From Auanema rhodensis (Eukaryota; Animalia; Nematoda): 64,000 nt of DNA. Location: contig OZ059899.1 of assembly GCA_964057225.1 (NCBI GenBank), positions 17,794,001 to 17,858,000 on the forward strand. Direction: 5' to 3'. Positions 39,028 through 52,200 of this stretch are shown in pieces. The notes beneath the pieces were generated by a model that was not told the origin of the DNA, did no database searches, and saw nothing but the letters and a program-made list of their open reading frames with translations. A program made the translations under genes and the position numbers. How positions within the stretch are numbered: position 1 is the stretch's first letter; each line of letters opens with the position of its first letter.

Positions 39028-42000
39028 GCTAGCGCAAATCTGATAACACAGATCGACGCAGCTTAAAAATCCGCATCGAATGCACTATACTACATTGAAA
39101 AACGCTTAATACAAAAATTAGTTATGATCGTTTGAAAAAAGATGCATTAGTGTATGTTGAGTTTCCATGTACACTCAACATTGCTTCCAAAAACATTTTG
39201 ACAAAAATTTTTCCAAAAAATTTCAAAATAATTTCGCAAAAAGTAAATGTTTTTAGATTCCTTTTTTCAAGGCAAAGACGATGGACAATGTTATTCAACG
39301 AAAAAATTAATTCTGCAGGGTGAAAATCTAGGATATAAGTGTGAACTTATATCAGTTGATATCTCGGTGCATTTTTAAGCTAGCGCAAATCTGATAACAC
39401 AGATCGACGCAGCTTAAAAATCCGCATCGAATGCACTATACTACATTGAAAAACGCTTAATACAAAAATTAGTTATGATCGTTTGAAAAAAGATGCATTA
39501 GTGTATGTTGAGTTTCCATGTACACTCAACATTGCTTCCAAAAACATTTTGACAAAAATTTTTCCAAAAAATTTCAAAATAATTTCGCAAAAAGTAAATG
39601 TTTTTAGATTCCTTTTTTCAAGGCAAAGACGATGGACAATGTTATTCAACGAAAAAATTAATTCTGCAGGGTGAAAATCTAGGATATAAGTGTGAACTTA
39701 TATCAGTTGATATCTCGGTGCATTTTTAAGCTAGCGCAAATCTGATAACACAGATCGACGCAGCTTAAAAATCCGCATCGAATTCACTATACTACATTGA
39801 AAAACGCTTAATACAAAAATTAGTTATGATTGTTTGAAAAAAGATGCATTAGTGTATGTTGAGTTTCCATGTACACTCAACATTGCTTCCAAAAACATTT
39901 TGACAAAAATTTTTCCGAAAAATTTCAAAATAATTTTGCAAAAAGTAGATGTTTTTAGATTCCTTTTTTCAAGGCAAAGACGATGGACAAAGTTATTCAA
40001 CGAAAAAATTAATTCTGCAGGGTGAAAATCGAGGATATAAGTGTGAACTTATATCAGTTGATATCTCGGTGCATTTTTAAGCTAGCGCAAATCTGATAAC
40101 ACAGATCGACGCAGCTTAAAAATCCGCATCGATTGCACTATACTACATTGAGAAACGCATAATACAAAACTTAGTTATGATCGTTTGAAAAAAGATGCAT
40201 TAGTGTATGTTGAGTTTCCATGTACACTCAACATTGCTTCCAAAAACATTTTTACAAAAATTTTTCCGAAAAATTTCGAAATAATTTCGCAAAAAGTAGA
40301 TGTTTTTAGAATCCTTTTTTCAAGGCAAAGACGATGGACATTGTTATTCAACGAAAAAATTGATTCTGCAGGGTGAAAATCGAGGATATAAGTGTGAACT
40401 TATATCAGTTGATATCTCGGTGCATTTTTAAGCTAGCGCAAATCTGATAACACAGATCGACGCAGCTTAAAAATCCGCATCGAATGCACTATACTACATT
40501 GAAAAACGCTTAATACAAAAATTAGTTATGATCGTTTGAAAAATGATGCATTAGTGTATGTTGAGTTTCCATGTACACTCAACATTGCTTCCAAAAACAT
40601 TTTGACAAAAATTTTTCCGAAAAATTTCAAAATAATTTCGCAAAAAGTAGATGTTTTTAGATTCCTTTTTTCAAGGCAAAGACGATGGACAATGTTATTC
40701 AACGAAAAAATTAATTCTGCAGGGTGAAAATCGAGGATATAAGTGTGAACTTATATCAGTTGATATCTCGGTGCATTTTTAAGCTAGCGCAAATCTGATA
40801 ACACAGATCGACGCAGCTTAAAAATCCGCATCGAATGCACTATACTACATTGAAAAACGCTTAATACAAAAATTAGTTATGATCGTTTGAAAAATGATGC
40901 ATTAGTGTATGTTGAGTTTCCATGTACACTCAACATTGCTTCCAAAAACATTTTGACAAAAATTTTTCCAAAAAATTTCAAAATAATTTCGCAAAAAGTA
41001 AATGTTTTTAGATTCCTTTTTTCAAGGCAAAGACGATGGACAATGTTATTCAACGAAAAAATTAATTCTGCAGGGTGAAAATCTAGGATATAAGTGTGAA
41101 CTTATATCAGTTGATATCTCGGTGCATTTTTAAGCTAGCGCAAATCTGATAACACAGATCGACGCAGCTTAAAAATCCGCATCGAATGCACTATACTACA
41201 TTGAAAAACGCTTAATACAAAAATTAGTGATGATCGTTTGAAAAAAGATGCATTAGTGTATGTTGAGTTTCCATGTACACTCAACATTGCTTCCAAAAAC
41301 ATTTTGACAAAAATTTTTCCAAAAAATTTCAAAATAATTTCGCAAAAAGTAAATGTTTTTAGATTCCTTTTTTCAAGGCAAAGACGATGGACAATGTTAT
41401 TCAACGAAAAAATTAATTCTGCAGGGTGAAAATCTAGGATATAAGTGTGAACTTATATCAGTTGATATCTCGGTGCATTTTTAAGCTAGCGCAAATCTGA
41501 TAACACAGATCGACGCAGCTTAAAAATCCGCATCGAATGCACTATACTACATTGAAAAACGCTTAATACAAAAATTAGTTATGATTGTTTGAAAAAAGAT
41601 GCATTAGTGTATGTTGAGTTTCCATGTACACTCAACATTTCTTCCAAAAACATTTTGACAAAAATTTTTCCAAAAAATTTCAAGATAATTTCGCAAAAAG
41701 TAAATGTTTTTAGATTCCTTTTTTCAAGGCAAAGACGATGGACAATGTTATTCAACGAAAAAATTAATTCTGCAGGGTGAAAATCGAGGATATAAGTGTG
41801 AACTTATATCAGTTGATATCTCGGTGCATTTTTAAGCTAGCGCAAATCTGATAACACAGATCGACGCAGCTTAAAAATCCGCATCGAATGCACCATACTA
41901 CATTGAAAAACGCTTAATACAAAAATTAGTTATGATCGTTTGAAAAATGATGCATTAGTGTATGTTGAGTTTCCATGTACACTCAACATTGCTTCCAAAA

Positions 42001-42888
42001 ACATTTTGACAAAAATTTTTCCGAAAAATTTCAAAATAATTTCGCAAAAAGTAGATGTTTTTAGATTCCTTTTTTCAAGGCAAAGACGATGGACAATGTT
42101 ATTTAACGAAAAAATTAATTCTGCAGGGTGAAAATCGAGGATATAAGTGTGAACTTATATCAGTTGATATCTCGGTGCATTTTTAAGCTAGCGCAAATCT
42201 GATAACACAGATCGACGCAGCTTAAAAATCCGCATCGAATGCACTATACTACATTGAAAAACGCTTAATACAAAAATTAGTTATGATTGTTTGAAAAAAG
42301 ATGCATTAGTGTATGTTGAGTTTCCATGTACACTCAACATTGCTTCCAAAAACATTTTGACAAAAATTTTTCCAAAAAATTTCAGAATAATTTCGCAAAA
42401 AGTAAATGTTTTTAGATTCCTTTTTTCAAGGCAAAGACGATGGACAATGTTATTCAACGAAAAAATTAATTCTGCAGGGTGAAAATCTAGGATATAAGTG
42501 TGAACTTATATCAGTTGATATCTCGGTGCATTTTTAAGCTAGCGCAAATCTGATAACACAGATCGACGCAGCTTAAAAATCCGCATCGAATGCACTATAC
42601 TACATTGAAAAACGCTTAATACAAAAATTAGTTATGATCGTTTGAAAAAAGATGCATTAGTGTATGTTGAGTTTCCATGTACACTCAACATTGCTTCCAA
42701 AAACATTTTGACAAAAATTTTTCCAAAAAATTTCAAAATAATTTCGCAAAAAGTAAATGTTTTTAGATTCCCTTTTTCAAGGCAAAGACGATGGACAATG
42801 TTATTCAACGAAAAAATTAATTCTGCAGGGTGAAAATCTAGGATATAAGTGTGAACTTATATCAGTTGATATCTCGGTGCATTTTTAA

Positions 42889-45800
42889 GCTAGCGCAAAT
42901 CTGATAACACAGATCGACGCAGCTTAAAAATCCGCATCGAATGCACTATACTACATTGAAAAACGCTTAATACAAAAATTAGTTATGATTGTTTGAAAAA
43001 AGATGCATTAGTGTATGTTGAGTTTCCATGTACACTCAACATTGCTTCCAAAAACATTTTGACAAAAATTTTTCCAAAAAATTTCAAGATAATTACGCAA
43101 AAAGTAAATGTTTTTAGATTCCTTTTTTCAAGGCAAAGACGATGGACAATGTTATTCAACGAAAAAATTAATTCTGCAGGGTGAAAATCGAGGATATAAG
43201 TGTGAACTTATATCAGTTGATATCTCGGTGCATTTTTAAGCTAGCGCAAATCTGATAACACAGATCGACGCAGCTTAAAAATCCGCATCGAATGCACTAT
43301 ACTACATTGAAAAACGCTTAATACAAAAATTAGTTATGATCGTTTGAAAAATGATGCATTAGTGTATGTTGAGTTTCCATGTACACTCAACATTGCTTCC
43401 AAAAACATTTTGACAAAAATTTTTCCGAAAAATTTCAAAATAATTTCGCAAAAAGTAGATGTTTTTAGATTCCTTTTTTCAAGGCAAAGACGATGGACAA
43501 TGTTATTCAACGAAAAAATTAATTCTGCAGGGTGAAAATCGAGGATATAAGTGTGAACTTATATCAGTTGATATCTCGGTGCATTTTTAAGCTAGCGCAA
43601 ATCTGATAACACAGATCGACGCAGCTTAAAAATCCGCATCGAATGCACTATACTACATTGAAAAACGCTTAATACAAAAATTAGTTATGATCGTTTGAAA
43701 AATGATGCATTAGTGTATGTTGAGTTTCCATGTACACTCAACATTGCTTCCAAAAACATTTTGACAAAAATTTTTCCAAAAAATTTCAAGATAATTACGC
43801 AAAAAGTAAATGTTTTTAGATTCCTTTTTTCAAGGCAAAGACGATGGACAATGTTATTCAACGAAAAAATTAATTCTGCAGGGTGAAAATCGAGGATATA
43901 AGTGTGAACTTATATCAGTTGATATCTCGGTGAATTTTTAAGCTAGCGCAAATCTGATAACACAGATCGACGCAGCTTAAAAATCCGCATCGAATGCACT
44001 ATACTACATTGAAAAACGCTTAATACAAAAATTAGTTATGATCGTTTGAAAAATGATGCATTAGTGTATGTTGAGTTTCCATGTACACTCAACATTGCTT
44101 CCAAAAACATTTTGACAAAAATTTTTCCGAAAAATTTCAAAATAATTTCGCAAAAAGTAGATGTTTTTAGATTCCTTTTTTCAAGGCAAAGACGATGGAC
44201 AATGTTATTCAACGAAAAAATTAATTCTGCAGGGTGAAAATCGAGGATATAAGTGTGAACTTATATCAGTTGATATCTCGGTGCATTTTTAAGCTAGCGC
44301 AAATCTGATAACACAGATCGACGCAGCTTAAAAATCCGCATCGAATGCACTATACTACATTGAAAAACGCTTAATACAAAAATTAGTTATGATCGTTTGA
44401 AAAATGATGCATTAGTGTATGTTGAGTTTCCATGTACACTCAACATTGCTTCCAAAAACATTTTGACAAAAATTTTTCCAAAAAATTTCAAGATAATTAC
44501 GCAAAAAGTAAATGTTTTTAGATTCCTTTTTTCAAGGCAAAGACGATGGACAATGTTATTCAACGAAAAAATTAATTCTGCAGGGTGAAAATCGAGGATA
44601 TAAGTGTGAACTTATATCAGTTGATATCTCGGTGCATTTTTAAGCTAGCGCAAATCTGATAACACAGATCGACGCAGCTTAAAAATCCGCATCGAATGCA
44701 CTATACTACATTGAAAAACGCTTAATACAAAAATTAGTTATGATCGTTTGAAAAATGATGCATTAGTGTATGTTGAGTTTCCATGTACACTCAACATTGC
44801 TTCCAAAAACATTTTGACAAAAATTTTTCCAAAAAATTTCAAAATAATTTCGCAAAAAGTAAATTTTTTAGATTCCTTTTTTCAAGGCAAAGACGATGGA
44901 CAATGTTATTCAACGAAAAAATTAATTCTGCAGGGTGAAAATCGAGGATATAAGTGTGAACTTATATCAGTTGATATCTCGGTGCATTTTTAAGCTAGCG
45001 CAAATCTGATAACACAGATCGACGCAGCTTAAAAATCCGCATCGAATGCACTATACTACATTGAAAAACGCTTAATACAAAAATTAGTTATGATCGTTTG
45101 AAAAATGATGCATTAGTGTATGTTGAGTTTCCATGTACACTCAACATTGCTTCCAAAAACATTTTGACAAAAATTTTTCCAAAAAATTTCAAAATAATTT
45201 CGCAAAAAGTAAATGTTTTTAGATTCCTTTTTTCAAGGCAAAGACGATGGACAATGTTATTCAACGAAAAAATTAATTCTGCAGGGTGAAAATCGAGGAT
45301 ATAAGTGTGAACTTATATCAGTTGATATCTCGGTGCATTTTTAAGCTAGCGCAAATCTGATAACACAGATCGACGCAGCTTAAAAATCCGCATCGAATGC
45401 ACTATACTACATTGAAAAACGCTTAATACAAAAATTAGTTATGATTGTTTGAAAAAAGATGCATTAGTGTATGTTGAGTTTCCATGTACACTCAACATTG
45501 CTTCCAAAAACATTTTGACAAAAATTTTTCCAAAAAATTTCAAAATAATTTCGCAAAAAGTAAATGTTTTTAGATTCCTTTTTTCAAGGCAAAGACGATG
45601 GACAATGTTATTCAACGAAAAAATTAATTCTGCAGGGTGAAAATCTAGGATATAAGTGTGAACTTATATCAGTTGATATCTCGGTGCATTTTTAAGCTAG
45701 CGCAAATCTGATAACACAGATCGACGCAGCTTAAAAATCCGCATCGAATGCACTATACTACATTGAAAAACGCTTAATACAAAAATTAGTTATGATCGTT

Positions 45801-48800
45801 TGAAAAAAGATGCATTAGTGTATGTTGAGTTTCCATGTACACTCAACATTGCTTCCAAAAACATTTTGACAAAAATTTTTCCAAAAAATTTCAAGATAAT
45901 TACGCAAAAAGTAAATGTTTTTAGATTCCTTTTTTCAAGGCAAAGACGATGGACAATGTTATTCAACGAAAAAATTAATTCTGCAGGGTGAAAATCGAGG
46001 ATATAAGTGTGAACTTATATCAGTTGATATCTCGGTGCATTTTTAAGCTAGCGCAAATCTGATAACACAGATCGACGCAGCTTAAAAATCCGCATCGAAT
46101 GCACTATACTACATTGAAAAACGCTTAATACAAAAATTAGTTATGATTGTTTGAAAAAAGATGCATTAGTGTATGTTGAGTTTCCATGTACACTCAACAT
46201 TGCTTCCAAAAACATTTTGACAAAAATTTTTCCAAAAAATTTCAAGATAATTACGCAAAAAGTAAATGTTTTTAGATTCCTTTCTTCAAGGCAAAGACGA
46301 TGGACAATGTTATTCAACGAAAAAATTAATTCTGCAGGGTGAAAATCGAGGATATAAGTGTGAACTTATATCAGTTGATATCTCGGTGCATTTTTAAGCT
46401 AGCGCAAATCTGATAACACAGATCGACGCAGCTTAAAAATCCGCATCGAATGCACTATACTACATTGAAAAACGCTTAATACAAAAATTAGTTATGATCG
46501 TTTGAAAAATGATGCATTAGTGTATGTTGAGTTTCCATGTACACTCAACATTGCTTCCAAAAACATTTTGACAAAAATTTTTCCGAAAAATTTCAAAATA
46601 ATTTCGCAAAAAGTAGATGTTTTTAGATTCCTTTTTTCAAGGCAAAGACGATGGACAATGTTATTCAACGAAAAAATTAATTCTGCAGGGTGAAAATCGA
46701 GGATATAAGTGTGAACTTATATCAGTTGATATCTCGGTGCATTTTTAAGCTAGCGCAAATCTGATAACACAGATCGACGCAGCTTAAAAATCCGCATCGA
46801 ATGCACTATACTACATTGAAAAACGCTTAATAAAAAAATTAGTTATGATCGTTTGAAAAATGATGCATTAGTGTATGTTGAGTTTCCATGTACACTCAAC
46901 ATTGCTTCCAAAAACATTTTGACAAAAATTTTTCCAAAAAATTTCAAGATAATTACGCAAAAAGTAAATGTTTTTAGATTCCTTTTTTCAAGGCAAAGAC
47001 GATGGACAATGTTATTCAACGAAAAAATTAATTCTGCAGGGTGAAAATCGAGGATATAAGTGTGAACTTATATCAGTTGATATCTCGGTGCATTTTTAAG
47101 CTAGCGCAAATCTGATAACACAGATCGACGCAGCTTAAAAATCCGCATCGAATGCACTATACTACATTGAAAAACGCTTAATACAAAAATTAGTTATGAT
47201 CGTTTGAAAAATGATGCATTAGTGTATGTTGAGTTTCCATGTACACTCAACATTGCTTCCAAAAACATTTTGACAAAAATTTTTCCGAAAAATTTCAAAA
47301 TAATTTCGCAAAAAGTAGATGTTTTTAGATTCCTTTTTTCAAGGCAAAGACGATGGACAATGTTATTCAACGAAAAAATTAATTCTGCAGGGTGAAAATC
47401 GAGGATATAAGTGTGAACTTATATCAGTTGATATCTCGGTGCATTTTTAAGCTAGCGCAAATCTGATAACACAGATCGACGCAGCTTAAAAATCCGCATC
47501 GAATGCACTATACTACATTGAAAAACGCTTAATACAAAAATTAGTTATGATCGTTTGAAAAATGATGCATTAGTGTATGTTGAGTTTCCATGTACACTCA
47601 ACATTGCTTCCAAAAACATTTTGACAAAAATTTTTCCAAAAAATTTCAAGATAATTACGCAAAAAGTAAATGTTTTTAGATTCCTTTTTTCAAGGCAAAG
47701 ACGATGGACAATGTTATTCAACGAAAAAATTAATTCTGCAGGGTGAAAATCGAGGATATAAGTGTGAACTTATATCAGTTGATATCTCGGTGCATTTTTA
47801 AGCTAGCGCAAATCTGATAACACAGATCGACGCAGCTTAAAAATCCGCATCGAATGCACTATACTACATTGAAAAACGCTTAATACAAAAATTAGTTATG
47901 ATCGTTTGAAAAATGATGCATTAGTGTATGTTGAGTTTCCATGTACACTCAACATTGCTTCCAAAAACATTTTGACAAAAATTTTTCCAAAAAATTTCAA
48001 AATAATTTCGCAAAAAGTAAATTTTTTAGATTCCTTTTTTCAAGGCAAAGACGATGGACAATGTTATTCAACGAAAAAATTAATTCTGCAGGGTGAAAAT
48101 CGAGGATATAAGTGTGAACTTATATCAGTTGATATCTCGGTGCATTTTTAAGCTAGCGCAAATCTGATAACACAGATCGACGCAGCTTAAAAATCCGCAT
48201 CGAATGCACTATACTACATTGAAAAACGCTTAATACAAAAATTAGTTATGATCGTTTGAAAAATGATGCATTAGTGTATGTTGAGTTTCCATGTACACTC
48301 AACATTGCTTCCAAAAACATTTTGACAAAAATTTTTCCAAAAAATTTCAAAATAATTTCGCAAAAAGTAAATGTTTTTAGATTCCTTTTTTCAAGGCAAA
48401 GACGATGGACAATGTTATTCAACGAAAAAATTAATTCTGCAGGGTGAAAATCGAGGATATAAGTGTGAACTTATATCAGTTGATATCTCGGTGCATTTTT
48501 AAGCTAGCGCAAATCTGATAACACAGATCGACGCAGCTTAAAAATCCGCATCGAATGCACTATACTACATTGAAAAACGCTTAATACAAAAATTAGTTAT
48601 GATTGTTTGAAAAAAGATGCATTAGTGTATGTTGAGTTTCCATGTACACTCAACATTGCTTCCAAAAACATTTTGACAAAAATTTTTCCAAAAAATTTCA
48701 AAATAATTTCGCAAAAAGTAAATGTTTTTAGATTCCTTTTTTCAAGGCAAAGACGATGGACAATGTTATTCAACGAAAAAATTAATTCTGCAGGGTGAAA

Positions 48801-49204
48801 ATCTAGGATATAAGTGTGAACTTATATCAGTTGATATCTCGGTGCATTTTTAAGCTAGCGCAAATCTGATAACACAGATCGACGCAGCTTAAAAATCCGC
48901 ATCGAATGCACTATACTACATTGAAAAACGCTTAATACAAAAATTAGTTATGATCGTTTGAAAAAAGATGCATTAGTGTATGTTGAGTTTCCATGTACAC
49001 TCAACATTGCTTCCAAAAACATTTTGACAAAAATTTTTCCAAAAAATTTCAAAATAATTTCGCAAAAAGTAAATGTTTTTAGATTCCCTTTTTCAAGGCA
49101 AAGACGATGGACAATGTTATTCAACGAAAAAATTAATTCTGCAGGGTGAAAATCTAGGATATAAGTGTGAACTTATATCAGTTGATATCTCGGTGCATTT
49201 TTAA
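42889..49204. repeat. Tandem duplication of a 9-monomer (3158-bp) unit carrying a shared 1-bp deletion
   Basis: The same G deletion (gtaaatgtttt to gtaaattttt) occurs after 44864 and 48022. Flanking monomer types run in the same order in both copies for eight of the nine monomers. Confidence 0.85.
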
Positions 49205-52200
49205 GCTAGCGCAAATCTGATAACACAGATCGACGCAGCTTAAAAATCCGCATCGAATGCACTATACTACATTGAAAAACGCTTAATACAAAAATTAGTT
49301 ATGATTGTTTGAAAAAAGATGCATTAGTGTATGTTGAGTTTCCATGTACACTCAACATTGCTTCCAAAAACATTTTGACAAAAATTTTTCCAAAAAATTT
49401 CAAAATAATTTCGCAAAAAGTAAATGGTTTTAGATTCCTTTTTTCAAGGCAAAGACGATGGACAATGTTATTCAACGAAAAAATTAATTCTGCAGGGTGA
49501 AAATCGAGGATATAAGTGTGAACTTATATCAGTTGATATCTCGGTGCATTTTTAAGCTAGCGCAAATCTGATAACACAGATCGACGCAGCTTAAAAATCC
49601 GCATCGAATGCACTATACTACATTGAAAAACGCTTAATACAAAAATTAGTTATGATCGTTTGAAAAATGATGCATTAGTGTATGTTGAGTTTCCATGTAC
49701 ACTCAACATTGCTTCCAAAAACATTTTGACAAAAATTTTTCCAAAAAATTTCAAAATAATTTCGCAAAAAGTAAATGTTTTTAGATTCCTTTTTTCAAGG
49801 CAAAGACGATGGACAATGTTATTCAACGAAAAAATTAATTCTGCAGGGTGAAAATCTAGGATATAAGTGTGAACTTATATCAGTTGATATCTCGGTGCAT
49901 TTTTAAGCTAGCGCAAATCTGATAACACAGATCGACGCAGCTTAAAAATCCGCATCGAATGCACTATACTACATTGAAAAACGCTTAATACAAAAATTAG
50001 TTATGATTGTTTGAAAAAAGATGCATTAGTGTATGTTGAGTTTCCATGTACACTCAACATTGCTTCCAAAAACATTTTGACAAAAATTTTTCCAAAAAAT
50101 TTCAAGATAATTTCGCAAAAAGTAAATGTTTTTAGATTCCTTTTTTCAAGGCAAAGACGATGGACAATGTTATTCAACGAAAAAATTAATTCTGCAGGGT
50201 GAAAATCGAGGATATAAGTGTGAACTTATATCAGTTGATATCTCGGTGCATTTTTAAGCTAGCGCAAATCTGATAACACAGATCGACGCAGCTTAAAAAT
50301 CCGCATCGAATGCACTATACTACATTGAAAAACGCTTAATACAAAAATTAGTTATGATCGTTTGAAAAATGATGCATTAGTGTATGTTGAGTTTCCATGT
50401 ACACTCAACATTGCTTCCAAAAACATTTTGACAAAAATTTTTCCAAAAAATTTCAAAATAATTTCGCAAAAAGTAAATGTTTTTAGATTCCTTTTTTCAA
50501 GGCAAAGACGATGGACAATGTTATTCAACGAAAAAATTAATTCTGCAGGGTGAAAATCTAGGATATAAGTGTGAACTTATATCAGTTGATATCTCGGTGC
50601 ATTTTTAAGCTAGCGCAAATCTGATAACACAGATCGACGCAGCTTAAAAATCCGCATCGAATGCACTATACTACATTGAAAAACGCTTAATACAAAAATT
50701 AGTTATGATTGTTTGAAAAAAGATGCATTAGTGTATGTTGAGTTTCCATGTACACTCAACATTGCTTCCAAAAACATTTTGACAAAAATTTTTCCAAAAA
50801 ATTTCAAGATAATTTCGCAAAAAGTAAATGTTTTTAGATTCCTTTTTTCAAGGCAAAGACGATGGACAATGTTATTCAACGAAAAAATTAATTCTGCAGG
50901 GTGAAAATCGAGGATATAAGTGTGAACTTATATCAGTTGATATCTCGGTGCATTTTTAAGCTAGCGCAAATCTGATAACACAGATCGACGCAGCTTAAAA
51001 ATCCGCATCGAATGCACTATACTACATTGAAAAACGCTTAATACAAAAATTAGTTATGATCGTTTGAAAAATGATGCATTAGTGTATGTTGAGTTTCCAT
51101 GTACACTCAACATTGCTTCCAAAAACATTTTGACAAAAATTTTTCCGAAAAATTTCAAAATAATTTCGCAAAAAGTAGATGTTTTTAGATTCCTTTTTTC
51201 AAGGCAAAGACGATGGACAATGTTATTTAACGAAAAAATTAATTCTGCAGGGTGAAAATCGAGGATATAAGTGTGAACTTATATCAGTTGATATCTCGGT
51301 GCATTTTTAAGCTAGCGCAAATCTGATAACACAGATCGACGCAGCTTAAAAATCCGCATCGAATGCACTATACTACATTGAAAAACGCTTAATACAAAAA
51401 TTAGTTATGATTGTTTGAAAAAAGATGCATTAGTGTATGTTGAGTTTCCATGTACACTCAACATTGCTTCCAAAAACATTTTGACAAAAATTTTTCCAAA
51501 AAATTTCAAAATAATTTCGCAAAAAGTAAATGTTTTTAGATTCCTTTTTTCAAGGCAAAGACGATGGACAATGTTATTCAACGAAAAAATTAATTCTGCA
51601 GGGTGAAAATCTAGGATATAAGTGTGAACTTATATCAGTTGATATCTCGGTGCATTTTTAAGCTAGCGCAAATCTGATAACACAGATCGACGCAGCTTAA
51701 AAATCCGCATCGAATGCACTATACTACATTGAAAAACGCTCAATACAAAAATTAGTTATGATCGTTTGAAAAAAGATGCATTAGTGTATGTTGAGTTTCC
51801 ATGTACACTCAACATTGCTTCCAAAAACATTTTGACTAAAATTTTTCCAAAAAATTTCAAAATAATTTCGCAAAAAGTAAATGTTTTTAGATTCCCTTTT
51901 TCAAGGCAAAGACGATGGACAATGTTATTCAACGAAAAAATTAATTCTGCAGGGTGAAAATCTAGGATATAAGTGTGAACTTATATCAGTTGATATCTCG
52001 GTGCATTTTTAAGCTAGCGCAAATCTGATAACACAGATCGACGCAGCTTAAAAATCCGCATCGAATGCACTATACTACATTGAAAAACGCTTAATACAAA
52101 AATTAGTTATGATTGTTTGAAAAAAGATGCATTAGTGTATGTTGAGTTTCCATGTACACTCAACATTGCTTCCAAAAACATTTTGACAAAAATTTTTCCA

